Below, piece after piece: positions 39,783 to 53,919 of a stretch of DNA of 64,000 nt. Both the position numbers and the translations under genes were made by a program. The notes beneath the pieces are model-generated. The model was given only the letters and a program-made list of their open reading frames with translations. It made no database searches and was not told the DNA's origin. Position 1 is the first letter of the stretch; each line of letters starts with the position of its first letter. The stretch is taken from contig MCFH01000015.1 in assembly GCA_002104945.1 (NCBI GenBank), positions 744,001 through 808,000 on the forward strand, written 5' to 3'. The stretch comes from Piromyces finnis finn. Taxonomy: Eukaryota > Fungi > Neocallimastigomycota.

Positions 39783-41420
39783 TTGTTTTTAAAAAAATTT
39801 AATATGTCCCAAAAATTCATTTTAGCCAATGACCAACGTCTTCATGGAAAGCCCAACTTTGATACTTGGAGTCTTTTAGTCAAGGCAGCCGCCTCTAGAC
39901 ATAGTCTTACTAGTTACCATGAATATGACATCATTGGAATTCTTAAAGACAATAGCTTTGAGATAAACCTCAATCTCAAAGATGTATATAACTTGGTTAC
40001 CATGAGGATTATCGCCGACTACCGTCCTAATAGTAACCTTGTGTCCATTTACAAAGCCCTCATTAAAACTACGGAGGAGGACGCCAACATTGAAATGTTG
40101 TAGCCGCCAATAAATTGATAAACTTATCAATTTCTAAGACCAAAATATTATCAGCAGCTGAAAAGTTAAATGCTGATATATATCTTATAATCATTCAAAA
40201 TGTGGATGAAAAAGTCTTCAGGGAGATTGGTCATAGTACTAATAGTTATCAAGTATTCAAAAAGCTGAATACTAAATATGGTAACGCAAATGCAGACATC
40301 GAATACTGGATAAAGAAGTTAAGAAGATTACATACTAAAAATGTAAGAAAAGTTAGTAAAACAGTTGATAAAGTTAAGGAAATCTTCCTTGAGATGTCTG
40401 AACAAAAAATGACCTTAAGTAAAAGTATTATTAATATTACTGATAATGGAGAAGTTAGACTTATTTTCAAAGACTCTGAAAATAAGATTATAATGCAAAC
40501 ATACTCAAATTAATAAAACCAATTTAAAGTTAAACTCATTAACAACAACAAAAATGATAATGAACCATTCATAGCAACATTCGAAAATTATTTAGATTTA
40601 TGGCATAAGAGACTTGGCCATTTTTCTCAAAAAATTTTGAAAAAATATCTAAATCAATACAATACTAAAGTAACTCTTTGCTTAGAATGTAAGATATCAA
40701 AAATAAAGAAGTCTCCTCACAACAAAATTATTAACTCTGATATTTCAGAGTTTTATTCATCCGTAAACAATAAGAAATATTTTATGACTATACTGGATGA
40801 TTACTCAAGAAAATTATGAATGTATAATCTTAAATCAAAATCTGAATCATTATTGAATTCTTAAAGAATGGCAATAATATTTTTGACAAATATAAAGTCA
40901 AAACATTCGAGACCGATGGTTAAAAAGAGTATAATAACAGTAATAGTATTGTAAGGAAAATGGTATATCTAAGGTAAACTCACCTCCTTTCATGCATGAA
41001 TTAAATGGAAAAGCAGAAAGAATAAATCAAACAATTGAAAATTCTGCTAAAACGCTGTTATATTGGGCAAAATTATCTGAAGATTTTTGGAGTTTTGCTG
41101 TAAAATATTCTTGTTGTTGTATTTACAACAAAATACCACATCAAGGCTTCGATAATTTTATTTCTGATGAAGTATTCTTTAATAAAGAAGCCGACCTAAA
41201 ATACTTTAAGTATATGGATTCATCTGCTACTTTAAGGACTACGAACTGAATAAGTCAAAATTCGCACCAAACGAGAAGAAAGATTCATCACTTATATATC
41301 TTCATGGAGATAGGTGGCGATAATCAAAAAATTCACTATTCGAAGGAAGTTGAATGTTGTGAAGATATGCCGGCAAAGTATGTTCATAAAAGCAAAAACA
41401 CAAATGATCTGTATTTCTCC
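39783..41420 (+). mobile_element. Degenerate Ty1/copia element (gag, GAG-pre-integrase, integrase)
   Basis: LDLWHKRLGHF; YFMTILDDYSR; LNGKAERINQTI...FWSFAVKY; many stops and frameshifts. Confidence 0.85.
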
Positions 41421-41699
41421 TTCACCAACTCATACAATATTAAAAATTACGACAATAACCCCAAGAATTAAATAATAATAATAACTATAACTCAAAAGGT
41501 GTAAAGGAGAAAGTTGTTTACAATAGGAACAATATTATGGATACAAATTTAAATATACACAATAAAGAAAATAATAATGCAGAAAGGACTACTTCCAAGA
41601 AAGGGAAAATATCCGCTTAAATAATGATAAAGAAAATAAAGAAGAAGAAATGATAGAAGAAGAAGAGAATAAAGTTTCTATAAAGTATTGATTATATAA

Positions 41700-42290
41700 A
41701 ATAGGTTACAATAATACCAACTACAAAATATTAAAATTTTCCTAAAAAATGACTTTTTTTTATTAAAACTTTATTTTATTTAAGAAGAAGAAAAAGAATA
41801 ACAATTACATCGATAAAATGATGAAAAATATCTTCTATTTATATTTTTCCTAAATACATTTATATTATATTATAACTATTTATTTCTTATATATTATTAT
41901 TTAAAATCTACACTAAAATCTTAATTATTAATAAATATTTAAACTATAACTATTTTTAGTAAAATACAATTGGCAATTCAAATTAAGTACTATTCAATTT
42001 GAATATATGCCCATGTATTATTGATATATTAATCATTTATTATTTATATATTATTTATCTATTTCTATGAAAAGACAATACTAAAACTAGGGATTTAAAT
42101 TGAGAATTTTAATTTACTTGTTAAACATTAAAAATAAATTAATAATTTATTTTGTTTTAAACTTTAATTATTAATAAATAAATTATGTCTCATTTTCTTT
42201 TTCTGAATATAATTTGTGTAACTTAAACAATAATACTTGTGGCTTAAGTTACATTAAAGATATCAAGTTGAGGCATTTGATATCTTTACA
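41700..42290 (-). mobile_element. Family B 3' LTR (left end diverged) followed by a PPT
   Basis: 41797-42290 matches 9780-10253; (GA)n PPT at 42291-42302 on the minus strand. Confidence 0.85.
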
Positions 42291-45200
42291 ATCTCTCTCT
42301 CTAAGTCGAGCTCCTGCGAGATTAATTTATAAGGAATCCTTTCTCGAGGGTATTTCAATTACAAATGGTTGGTATCTGTGCTTGATTAGATTACCAACTT
42401 TATTCTTTCTAATTTTCATGGAGGAGTCGTTCGATTTATGTTTTGACTTTTTAGAGTTTCTTTCAAACTCTTGTATTAATTGTTTATCTGGAATCTGATC
42501 TTCAGAAATCTAGGTGGATTTGTCAAATCCTTTCCACGATAACTTATAAAATGTTTCACCATTAACAGATTTCATCTTCTCAATTTTCTCTGGGATTTTT
42601 TCAATCAAATCTGTGTTAAGGTGAATGTTCCTCTTCCTACGATTAGATCTGTCGTTAAACTCGTTTTCAAAGTATGGTTCTAACAATGAGACATGAAAGA
42701 CTGGATGACATCTCATTGTCTTTGGAAGTTTCAATTTGAAAGCGAGGGAACTAACTTTTTCAATTATCTCAAATGGCCCAAGCATTTGAGGTGCTAATTT
42801 TTTCTTTAAGTTAGTTCCAGGAGAATCTTTCAATAACCATACTGTCTTTCCCACTTCGAACTCCGGGGACTCATTCTTTTCATATCTGCATATTTCTTAT
42901 ATGTTTCTTTTGCTTTTTCTAAGTTTTCTTTTAATAATTTAAAGTTTTCATTCATATCAATTACTCTTTGTTCAGCTCTACTAGGTCTATCATTAGCTGG
43001 AATTTCTAAGCTGAACTTTGGATGAAAACCATAATTAGCAAAGAATGGGGATTAATTTATAGATTGCTGTAAAGTATTATTATATGCAAATTCAGCAAAT
43101 GGGATAAGATCAACCCAGTTATTCTGCTTTTTATTTATAAAACAACGGAAATATTGTCCTAATATGCCGTTCACCCTCTCCGTTTGACCATCTGTCTGCG
43201 GATGGTTGGCAGTTGATTATGAATGATTGATATTAAGAAGGTCACAAAGTCTTGACCAAAAATCAGAAGTAAATTGTGAGCCTCTATCAGAAATGATGGA
43301 ATCAGGAAGACCATGCAAACGGAAGACATTAGCAATAAAAGCATCAGTAGCAATCGAAGCAGTAGGAAGACAACGTAAAGGAATGGCGTGAGCAAATTTT
43401 GTAAATCTATCGACAACAACCATAAGTGTAGTCATATCTCTGAACTTTGGAAAATCAACAATGAAGTCGATAGAGATATCAGACCAAGGCCTACTAGGAG
43501 TGTCCAGGGGATAACAATCCATAAGGCTTATGTCTGGGGACTTTGGATTTGCAACAAGTCACGCAAAATTTAATAAAGGATTTGACATCTGAATGGAATC
43601 TTGGCCACCAAAAGTTTCTTGAAATAAGTTCGACAGTTTTCTTAATGCTAAAATGGCAAGCAGCAACAGAATCATGATGAAGTTCCAAAACTCTTGTCCT
43701 AAGAGATTTTGGAACATAAATAAGATTATTAAATAACAGAAATCCTTCATCATCAATAATAACTTTATCGATATTTTTAATAGGTACATTATCTGTAGAA
43801 CCATTCATTTTAAATTGGACAATGGAATTATATAAATCGTCATTTTTGAGTTCTAATAAAATGGAATCGATTAACGGTTTGTTATCGCTATGATGAAGCG
43901 AAATAGTAAGACAAGAAACATCAGAGATAATATCACTTCTACGAGACAGAATGTCAGGCTTACTAGATTTCTTTCCAGCTCTATAGATGAGTTTAAAGTC
44001 AAATCTGGACAAGAACAAATTCCATCTAATTTGTCTCTGAGATAACATTTCAGGTTTTCTAGAAAATGTTAAGTTCTTTTGATCGGTATAAATTATGAAC
44101 TGATGACGTGCACCCTCTAAATAATGACGTCATTCTTCAAGAGCAATTATAATAGCTAAAAGTTCCTTGTCATATATAGGATAGTTTCTTTGACAACTCG
44201 TCAAACTCTTGAGAGAGGATAGCACCGACAGCATAATTACTAGCATCAGTTTCTACAATAAATTGTTTATTACTATCCGCATGTTTCAGAATAGGAGCTG
44301 ACGTGAATAAAGTTTTTAATAGAATAAAAGCGTCCTGATCTTCTTTCACCCAATTAAAAGCAACATTCTTTCTAGTGAGTTTGTGAAGAGGGTTTGCAAT
44401 TTTAGCAAAGTCTTTAATAAAAATTCTGTAATAGTTACATAAGCCAATAAAAGACTGAACCTCTTTAACATTCTTGGGAACCGGCCAATCGAGAATTGCT
44501 TTAACTTTATTCTCATCCATTTGCAACCCATCTTTTGAAATGACATATCCAAGAAAAGTAGTTTTCTCAACATCAAACTCACATTTTTCTAATTTAACAT
44601 AAAGATTATTTTCAAGTAGTTTCTTAAGTACCTTTTTAACATGCTCATGATGTTCTTCGATATTATTAGAATAAATAAGAATATCATCAATATATGAGAT
44701 AACAAAATCGTCTAAATAATCACTAAGAACATCGTTAATGAAGTGTTGAAAAGTTGCAGGTGCATTTTTCAATCCAAAAGACGTAACCAGATATTCAAAA
44801 TGACAATATCTCGTACGAAAAGCCGTTTTGTATTCATCACCTTCTTTAATACAAACAAGATTATAGGCGGATTTAAGGTCTAATTTAGTAAAAATCTTAG
44901 CATTTTTCACTCTATCCAGAAGGTCACTAATTAAAGGTTAAGGATATGAATTACGAATTGTAATATCATTCAACCTTCTATAATCAATATAAAGTCTTAA
45001 GGAACCGTCCTTCTTTTTAACAAACAAAATTGGGGCACCAGCAGGAGACGATGATTTCATAATAAAACCTTTATTTAAATTATCATCTATATATTTTTTA
45101 AGTTCCTCTCTTTCAACTTCAGTTAATGGATACAATGGTCCATAAAATAAAGTTGAATCATCCTTAAGTTTGATTTCACAATCATAAGGTCTATGAGGAG

Positions 45201-46068
45201 GTAACACTTCACAATTTTTTTCATTAAACACTTCACTAAATTCTAAATATTGGGTTGGTACGGCGACTAATTTATCTTTATTAATATCTTTTTCATTATT
45301 ATTATTACATGTTTCATTAATTTTCGTTATAATACATTTAACATTTTTGTTAAAATTAATATATTCATCATCGCTATCATCTTCATCATTAATGGTTCTA
45401 ACAAGTCGGCCTTTAATATATTCTTTTTCTTCATGGTTTGGGACGGAGGAATCTACTTTTGGCTTTTTGGTTAAGCTTCGGTCGAGAACATCATGATCTA
45501 ACTGATCATTCTTGGACTTCTTTCTTGGTTTTCTCTTTCTTTTGCCTTTATTACAGTGTCTAGCACAATAACCAGAATTAAAAGCGGTTTTCTTAGAGTC
45601 ATAGAAAGCATTTGGATTATGCTTCTTTATCCACGGCAAACCAAAAATAACATCAACACCAGGGACTTGTAATCCATAAAGTTGAATTACTTCGAAGGGA
45701 TTTTTGCAACGAAGCATGCACTTCTCAGTCCTTTCCCAAACATTTACAACTCCATCACTAACACTAGATACACGGAATGGTTCCACTTTTTCCAATTTGA
45801 TTCCAAGATCTTCCGCAAGACTTGGATTAATGAAATTCAATTCAGATCCAGAGTCAATTAAAACCTTAATTTTAACTTCTGGGACTTCATTGGTACTCAC
45901 ATGAAAATCAACAAGGTTTAAATCACTTTTTACACCTTTGACTCCAACTTTTGGATTAACAATTTTTGGAGTCCTTTCCTTAACTATTCTTAACACTTTT
46001 CTGGGCTTTACTCTATTAGGACAATTAAATTTTAAATGTCCTGGCTGTTTACAAAGAAAACATAAACG
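42291..46068 (-). mobile_element. pol: Degenerate family B chromovirus internal region (gag knuckle, protease, RT, RNase H, integrase, chromodomain)
   Basis: ORF fragments 44938-45996, 44170-44910, 43494-44048, 43217-43522 and 42510-42854 (YKLSWKGF). Confidence 0.92.
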
Positions 46069-46738
46069 TAATACACAGGAGGGTGTAGTTCATTGTAATC
46101 GCCTAGTTGTAATAATACACCACCCACTGCGTAATTACTTGCATCACACTCCACTATAAACTGATGATTATGGTCAGGACATGCTAATACTGGTGGAGAT
46201 AACAGCATTTCTTTTAACTTCTCGAACGCCTGAATGCGTTCTTCATTCCACAGGAACTGTATTTTCTTTGACGTCATGGCATATAACGGCCTTGCTATTT
46301 TAGAGAAGTCCTTAATAAACTTTCTATGATAGTCGCAGAACCCAAGGAAAGACTGTAACTCTTTGATGTTAGTTGGTTGTGGCCAACTAGCTACAGCTTT
46401 TAGTTTCTTTGGGTCAGTTTTAATCCCATATTTCCCTACGACGTGACCCAGGAATGCAAGTTCGTCCCTATGGAACTCGCACTTTGCTAATTTAGCTACT
46501 AGACGATTGTCTATTAACTTCTGTAGGACTCTTTTTACATGCCCTACATGCTTCTCAAGTGACTTGGAATAGATGGTGATATTATCCAAGTACACCTGAC
46601 AACACTCATTTATTTCTTCTGCCAGCACCGTATTGATGAAACCTTGGAACGTGGCAGGTGCATTAGTCAAACCAAATGGCATTACCAAATACTCGTAATG
46701 ACAGAACTTGGTTGAGAATGCGGTTTTGTATTCGTCAT

Positions 46739-47465
46739 TGTAAAGATATAATATATCTTTAGATTATTTAATAATTAATTATTAATTATTAAGTAATAAA
46801 TTAGTATTTAGTAAAATTAATTATAAAATTTTTGAATAAATTTTATGGAATAATTTAATAATAAATTATTTTATAATAATTCCATTAAATTTAAATTAAG
46901 ATAAATATTTAAATTTAAGGAATAAAAGAATTTTAATTAAATTTAAATATTTCAAATATTTTAAATAATTAAAATATTTTTTAAATACTTTTTTATTTAA
47001 ATTTAGAATAGTTTAATAATTTTAACTTATTTTTAAAAATAGATTTGTTTATATTTCAATAGGAAATATATTAAGAATAGTATTGACAATATTAAATTAA
47101 TTTATAGATAATACACAGGCTTTATTCAATTTTGAGTTTACTCAAATTGAGTTAAAAGTATAATGAATTAGTTTTAGTTTAGTTTTGTTTACTTTATATT
47201 AAATATATGTTTATTTAAATAGAATAATATATTAGAATAATTATGAAAAAATATAAATACATGTAATTTTTGTTTGTTAAATCAATGTAATTGTTATTTT
47301 CAGTTTTTTAATTATTAACTATTATATAGTTAATAATATTTTTAAGAGTTTTAAATAAAATGTTTTTTAAAACAAAAATTTAATGTTTTATTTTTTTTAT
47401 TTTTGTGTTAATAAAAATTGTTTTGTTTTAAGTATAAAATCTATTTTAAATTTTATATTATTACA
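46739..47465 (+). mobile_element. Solo LTR, family C' (C-related)
   Basis: TGTAAA...TTACA; TSD GTCAT/GTCAC (1 mismatch). Confidence 0.85.
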
Positions 47466-47974
47466 GTCACCTTCACGAATACGCACGAGGTTATAGGCAG
47501 ACTTTAAATTCAGCTTAGAGAAGATAGTCGCACCTTTCATAGCCTCGAATACTTGACTGATAAGTGGTAAGGGAAAGGAGTTACGTACTGTTACCTTGTT
47601 GAGACATCTGTAGTCAGTACACAGACGCCTTTCACCACTTTTCTTGGGCACGAACAACACAGGATATCCTGCAGGGCTCTCTGACTTCCTTATAAAGCCC
47701 TTTGCCAAATTTTCCTCTATATATTCCTTCAGCGCTTTTTCTTCTTCTGGATTGAAGGGATATATAGGCTCTTTATGAAGACTAGCATCCGGTTCCAGGT
47801 CAATCTTACAGTCGTAAAGACGATGTTCTGGCAACTGGTTTGCTATCTCTTCATTGAATGCTTCCCTGAAATCGTGGTAATATTTCTCCACAATTTCTTC
47901 TGGCGTAGGTTGATTTTTGTTTAAGTTTTCTTCTCGTACCAACCCAATGTAAATGTGGTTTTTCTCTAAGTTTG

Positions 47975-48696
47975 TGTAAAGATATAAAATGTATCTTTAA
48001 ATTATTTAATAATTAATTAATAATTATTAAATAATAATTTTGATATTTTAATGAAAATTTATTTGTAAAATTTATTGTATAAATTTTATGGAATAATTAA
48101 ATAAAAATTAATTTTAAAATATCAAAGTTAGAAATGAAAATTGGATAAATATTTAAATTAATGGTTAATTAAATTTAAATACTTTAAATATTCAAATTAA
48201 ATCTTAAAAAGTTTTTATTTAATTAAAATTAGTTTAATAACTTTAGCGTAGTTTTAAATTAGCAATTTTTAATAGCAAATATATAATAAATAGTATTATT
48301 AATATTTAATTAATATATAGGTAATACATGGACTGTATTCAATTTGCAGTTTACTCAAAATGAATCAAAAGTGTATTTAATTAGTTTTAGTTTAGTTTTA
48401 TTATTTTATTATTTAATTAAATTAGTATTAAATTAGTTTTGTTTATTTTATATTGAATATATGTATAATTAAATAGAATAATATATTAAAATATAATTTT
48501 CCAAAAAATATAAATACATGTAAAATTTCTTGATTAAAACAATGTAATTGTTATTGACTATAATTTAGTTAATAACTAAATAAATTAATAAAAAGAGAAT
48601 TTTAAATATATTTTGTTTTCGTTTTTTTTATTTTATTTTGGTGCCGTTTTATTGTGAAATTTTATAATCTGTTTTAAAATTTATAAAAATTTTACA
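47975..48696 (+). mobile_element. Solo LTR, family C
   Basis: Perfect TSD GTTTG (47970-47974 / 48697-48701). Confidence 0.92.
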
Positions 48697-50419
48697 GTTT
48701 GACTCTTGTACCAACCCTCCTGAAACTTCAATTTTCTCTAAGCTAGTACTTAATGCCAACCCTCCAGAGTTTCCAGTTTTAGGTTCTCTTGAAGCTTTGT
48801 GGCTACCGTTCCCACAATTTCAGCTTCGATATTTTCTGTAATTACAGTTACCAGAGGCCTTCTTGCCTTTGCATTAGTAACCGTAGTTATAGGGCTTAAT
48901 TGAGCGCAGTAGTAGATGTCACCACCGTTTATACCATGACCGTTGGTGTGCCCCTTTTCTTCGCTATTATCTACTACAAAATACCTTACTTGTGCATCTT
49001 TATCATAATCTCTGTAGATAGAGTACTCATCCATGAAGTCCAAACCTACGATAATCATTTCCGGCATGTTATCGGATAAGTGACAACTTGTGTTGAAGCA
49101 GTATGGTTTAGCTTCCTGCTCTCCAGTAGGAGTTAACCACAACTTCAACTGCAAGTCATCTGAGAACTTTAATTCAATATCCCCATTAACAGTTCTGAAT
49201 ATATTAAAACTATAAAAGAATTTATACCATTCTTTATCACTATATACAAAGTATCCCAAATTTAAAATTATAAATATATTGAATATGGGATGATTTGATA
49301 ATGACGTTTTACAGTAATATTTTTTAATGGTCATTAATCGAGTAATATTTACAATACGCAAACCAAATTCATCAATACAGCTGTAAATGATGTCTGATGT
49401 CATTTTTGAATTTTTTATTTTTCAAAGTATTATTTCCTTCAATTTTCATATTATTTAATCGATTATTAAGAATTCCAATTTCTACATTTGTTATTCTATC
49501 CTTTTCATCATTTTCATCACTATCAACTTTTATATTGTAGGTTTCTAGATATTTAGCAATCAATGAATAAAACTTTGACTTTTTAGTTTCGTCATGCTTT
49601 AAGAGGATAATAAAAAGTACACAATTGGATGGTATATATTAATACCACTTGTATCAATATCCTATGTATTTAATGCTACCATTTAATAGACAAATAAGAT
49701 TACTATCAAAGAAAACTTTGTAAACATAAAATATATAATTTTTTCATTTTAAAAAAAATAAAATATTATATTATCTATATTATATATATATTTAAATTAA
49801 TAAATAATGTAAATATTTTATTATTTTATTTAAATTTAGTAGATTATGATACATTTTTAAAAATTTAATAAATTATTTAAATATATAAAATATATTAAAA
49901 TATTTAAAATAAAAAATTATAATGCAGTTATATATATATATATATTTATGTATTTTTAATATATTAAATTCATATTATTAATAAATTATTAGTATCCTGA
50001 TATCTAATTTATAATTTATATCTTATTAGTGTATTATTTATCCATTAATAATAACATTAAAAATATGAATAAATGATATCATAATTGAATTATCTACATT
50101 TAAATATATATAATTATTAATAAATAATTTATTAACGATATTGATTAATAATATTAATATAATAATAAAAATAAATAAAAAGAGTAAATGTTATTAAATA
50201 AATCCATATTTGATTTTAATTTCATGGGAAAATTTGTCTTTACTAACTTCAACATCATTAAGTAATATTTCGATGATTTCTCTTTTTGAATATTTTTTTT
50301 ATTCAGCATAAGTAATAATACATTCTTTATCATCCATAGTTAATGGGAATACAAAGTGATGATAATGTTCTTGTAATTTTTGAAGTTTAATATCTTTTTT
50401 TATTTCTTTGTAAGAGATA

Positions 50420-53400
50420 ATAGTGAAAATTCTAATAATAATTCTTCTAATATTACTAATAAAATTTCTAATTCTAATTCTAATAAAATTTCTAATAATA
50501 ATTTTTCTTCCAATAATTCTAATATTAATTCTAATAAGTCTAAAACTATTAATAATTCTAATGATAATGATAATTCTAACACTATTTCTAATAATCTTAG
50601 TACCAATAATTCCATTAATACTAATTCTAATATTCATAGTAATTCTAATACTAATAATTCAAAATTTGTCCAAAATAATAAAGTTAGATTTAAGGATCCA
50701 CCTGTATTACTTGATCATAACAATAAATCTTATGTTCACATGCATGACTTCTCCTAAAACTAGGAAAGATCGTCATACTATTTTCGTAAAGAAAAATAAT
50801 ATTGAACCATATAATATCGAAAAAGACTTAGCTAATACCAAGTGTAACATTTCTTTTGCCCAAATTCTGGATATTTGTCTTAAACTTAGAAGTGAACTAA
50901 CTAAGAACCTTAAACTAGAAAAATTAAAATTTGTTAATTCTATGTATTTTAATGATGATTTTAATTTCTATAATAATAATATGACAGTCTATAATACCAA
51001 ATTTAAAAATGACGACTTAGGTATAGTTATAGCCTCAGTCGATAATATTAAAAATAAATTTCTTATTGATTTAGGAAGTAATCTTAATTTGGTTACTACT
51101 AAATATTTCAATAAACTTTCTGGGCAATACGAAACTGTAGGCGTTTATCGTGGTAAAATTGGTGAAGCATTAGGTGATGATACTATTTTTAATGCTATTA
51201 TAGTCCGCTTACCAATTGTTATTAATTCTTATTCCTTTATGGCTAATTTCTGCGTTATAGAACATGATGCAGCTTATTTTGATATCCTAGTTAGTCTTAA
51301 AACAATTGCCGATAATTATCTTTTTATTAACCCGGTATCTAAAGCAGTTTGTAAGTGTACATCCCCTGATTCCTTTGAAGTTTTAGTACCTATTGTCGAG
51401 GATCAAAATGCTAAAATTGTCACTTGTTTCATTAAATTCATAAGTCCAAATAAAAACATTATTTATTCCTCAAATTTTCTGAAAAATTAGATGATTTTTC
51501 TAATGATTTTTCCAATCTTAAAGTTACGCAAGACGAAAATTTGTCCCCAAGTGATTATATTCATTCTGAAAATTTTATTTCTGAATAAGATCCACAATAT
51601 AGAGATATTATAATTAATTCTTTAAAGGATAATATTGATGTTATTGGTACTTCGTCAGAACAATTATCACCGTCAGATCTTAATCCTCATCGTATTGAAT
51701 TTTGTAAAGATGCTGTTCCTTTTAAAAGTAAATTCTATAGACTTAATAAGTTCAAGTCCGATATTCTCAAGGAGGAACTTACCAAGTTAATTAATAAAGG
51801 TCTTATTGTTCCTTCTAAATATTCATGGTCATCCTCTATAGTCCTAGTCATTAAAAAGAATGGTAAATGGTGACTTTGTATAGACTATAGAAAATTAAAT
51901 GCTTTAACATTTCCAGATTCCTACTCCCTTCCCAATATTGACGAAATTTTTAGTGGGATTGATGGAGCAAAAATTTTTTCTACTCTGGATCTTTTCTCAG
52001 GGGTACCACCAAATTCATATGGACGATGATAGTATTGATTTTACTAGTTTTACTACTAAGTTTGGAAATTTCGTTTTTAAGGTCATGCCCTTCGGTCTCA
52101 CAGGTGCACTTGCGACTTTTCAAAGAGAAATGAATAGAATTCTCTTTGATCTATTAGGCCATTCAGTTTATATTTTCTTAGATGATATTTTAATTTTCTC
52201 CAATAATGTGGAAGAACACCTTTCACATTTAAACCAAGTTTTGGACATCTTCTGCCAACATAAGGTTAAAATCAACATTGAGAAATGTCGCTTCTTCAAG
52301 GAGGAAGTAGAGGTGCTTGGTCAAATATTGTCCAAAGATGGTCTCAAAACCATTAAGTCTAAAGTAGAAGCTGTAAAGAATTGGTCTAAACCAAAAGACG
52401 TATCTGAACTTAGGTCATTTTTAGGTACAGTTGGATATTACAGAAAATTCATAAATAATTTTGCTAAACTTGCTGCGCCACTTTATAAATTATTGAGAAA
52501 AGATTCTCAGTTTATATGGAATAATATAGAAGAAAGTTTTGACATACTAAAAATAACTTTGGTAGAAGCCCGAATATTATCCTTTCTTAATTCAAACAAG
52601 CAATTCATTATTAGAACTGACGCCTGTAAGGATGGTATCGGAGGTATACTACTACAAATTAATGATGAAGATGATTCAGAGCATCCGATACATTTTATTA
52701 ATAGAATACTGACGAAGGCTGAAAGAAACTACAGTACAACTGATCTGGAAGGCACAGCGGTTTACTACTGTGAAAAACAATTTAATTCCACCATTTTTTT
52801 TCAAAAATTTTATTTATGTTTAAAGTTTGACACTTTTGATAGTAATGAAATTTTCAAAAGTGGACTTTTACTATGAATAAACAGTGATATCATTTTAATT
52901 TTAATAAAAAATAAACGATAATATTAATAGAAAAGTTTGTACTGACGGTGTATATCATGAAAATGAAAACAATTTAGTTCCACCACTTTTTTCAAAAATT
53001 TTATTCATGTTTGAAGTTTGACACTTTTGATAGTAATGAAATTTTTAAAAGTGGATTTTTACTGTGAATATTATGAACCAGGTAAGAAAAATTGTCTTAC
53101 TGATGCCTTATCAAGAATTTAACTGCTACCATAGAAGGACAAAGTAATAACTTAGTTAATAAAGATGAAATTTTGTCAAGAAAACACAAAAATTTTCAAA
53201 ACACCACAAAAAGGTCAAAATAATTTAGAAAGTTAAAGTTATAATAAATTATCTAGTTAAAGAAATCAAATAATCTTGAATAATACAAAAATTTTTTCAA
53301 TTAAGAACAAATCCCATATATCAGAATGCAATCATAATATATGTAATCATATAAATCCTCATATATTAAAAAATAAATCAAAATAAATCGAAGAAATTTT

Positions 53401-53919
53401 TAATTAAATTGATTCAATTCAAAAAATGATATAAACAAATACTATTCTAATATATTATCCAATATAGAATCTCATATATTACAATATAATAGAGAAAATC
53501 AAATAGGAGTGAAAAATATAAAATTGAAAACTTATGTCAATAAAAATCAATTGAACCAAACTTTGAACAATATATTACAATATATAGATAACATATTAGG
53601 AAATAAGAACAATGAATATAATTTAATCAATTATAGAATATATTCTGATAATAATAGTAATAACAATGAGAATGATACAGAAGGAGATATAGCTGAATTT
53701 ATGAAAGAATTCTTTGAAGACCATATAATAACCTTAGATAGTGAAAGATACATTAAAGATGAAATTTAAGTACAAACAAAGAAAAATTTAATAATTTAAT
53801 TTGAAAAGCACATGCAATTGGTCACGGAGGCTTTGGTAAAACTTATGAGACTAAAGAAATCCTTCTATTGGAAAGGAATGACAATATGAATCTATATGTA
53901 AAAATGTTACACATATCAT
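50420..53919 (+). mobile_element. pol: Degenerate Ty3/gypsy element (Asn-rich gag end, protease, RT, RNase H, integrase zinc finger)
   Basis: FLIDLGSNLNLV; MPFGL; FLDD; RTDACKDGIGG; DALSR near 53100; HAIGHGGFGKTY near 53810; related to the 12301-13859 family. Confidence 0.88.

Larger units (their letters stand above)
46069..49190 (-). mobile_element. pol: Second degenerate gypsy element (protease region, RT, RNase H) split by two solo LTRs
   Basis: ORFs 48750-, 47397-47942 and 46032-46688; the RT motif RIREGD|EYKTAF is rejoined across 46739-47465. Confidence 0.85.

Noticed and set aside
41797-41808. Two family B LTRs (41797, about 61176) appear to end exactly at the self-primer
   Set aside because: 41700-41797 still resembles a diverged R-U5, and the 61.17 kb junction has AT microhomology; not enough to claim a mechanism.
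42214-42498. 94-aa plus-strand ORF and similar small ORFs overlapping TEs
   Set aside because: They span LTR/PPT or are antisense to pol; no independent support.
50380-50757. Overlapping Asn-rich and Ile/Leu-rich ORFs in three frames
   Set aside because: Low-complexity (AAT-type) repeat artefacts; only the Asn-rich frame plausibly belongs to gag.
53509-53769. Duplicated 86-aa 'novel gene' (also 59959-60219)
   Set aside because: It lies between the RNase H end and the integrase HH motif of a decayed gypsy pol, so it is a linker fragment.
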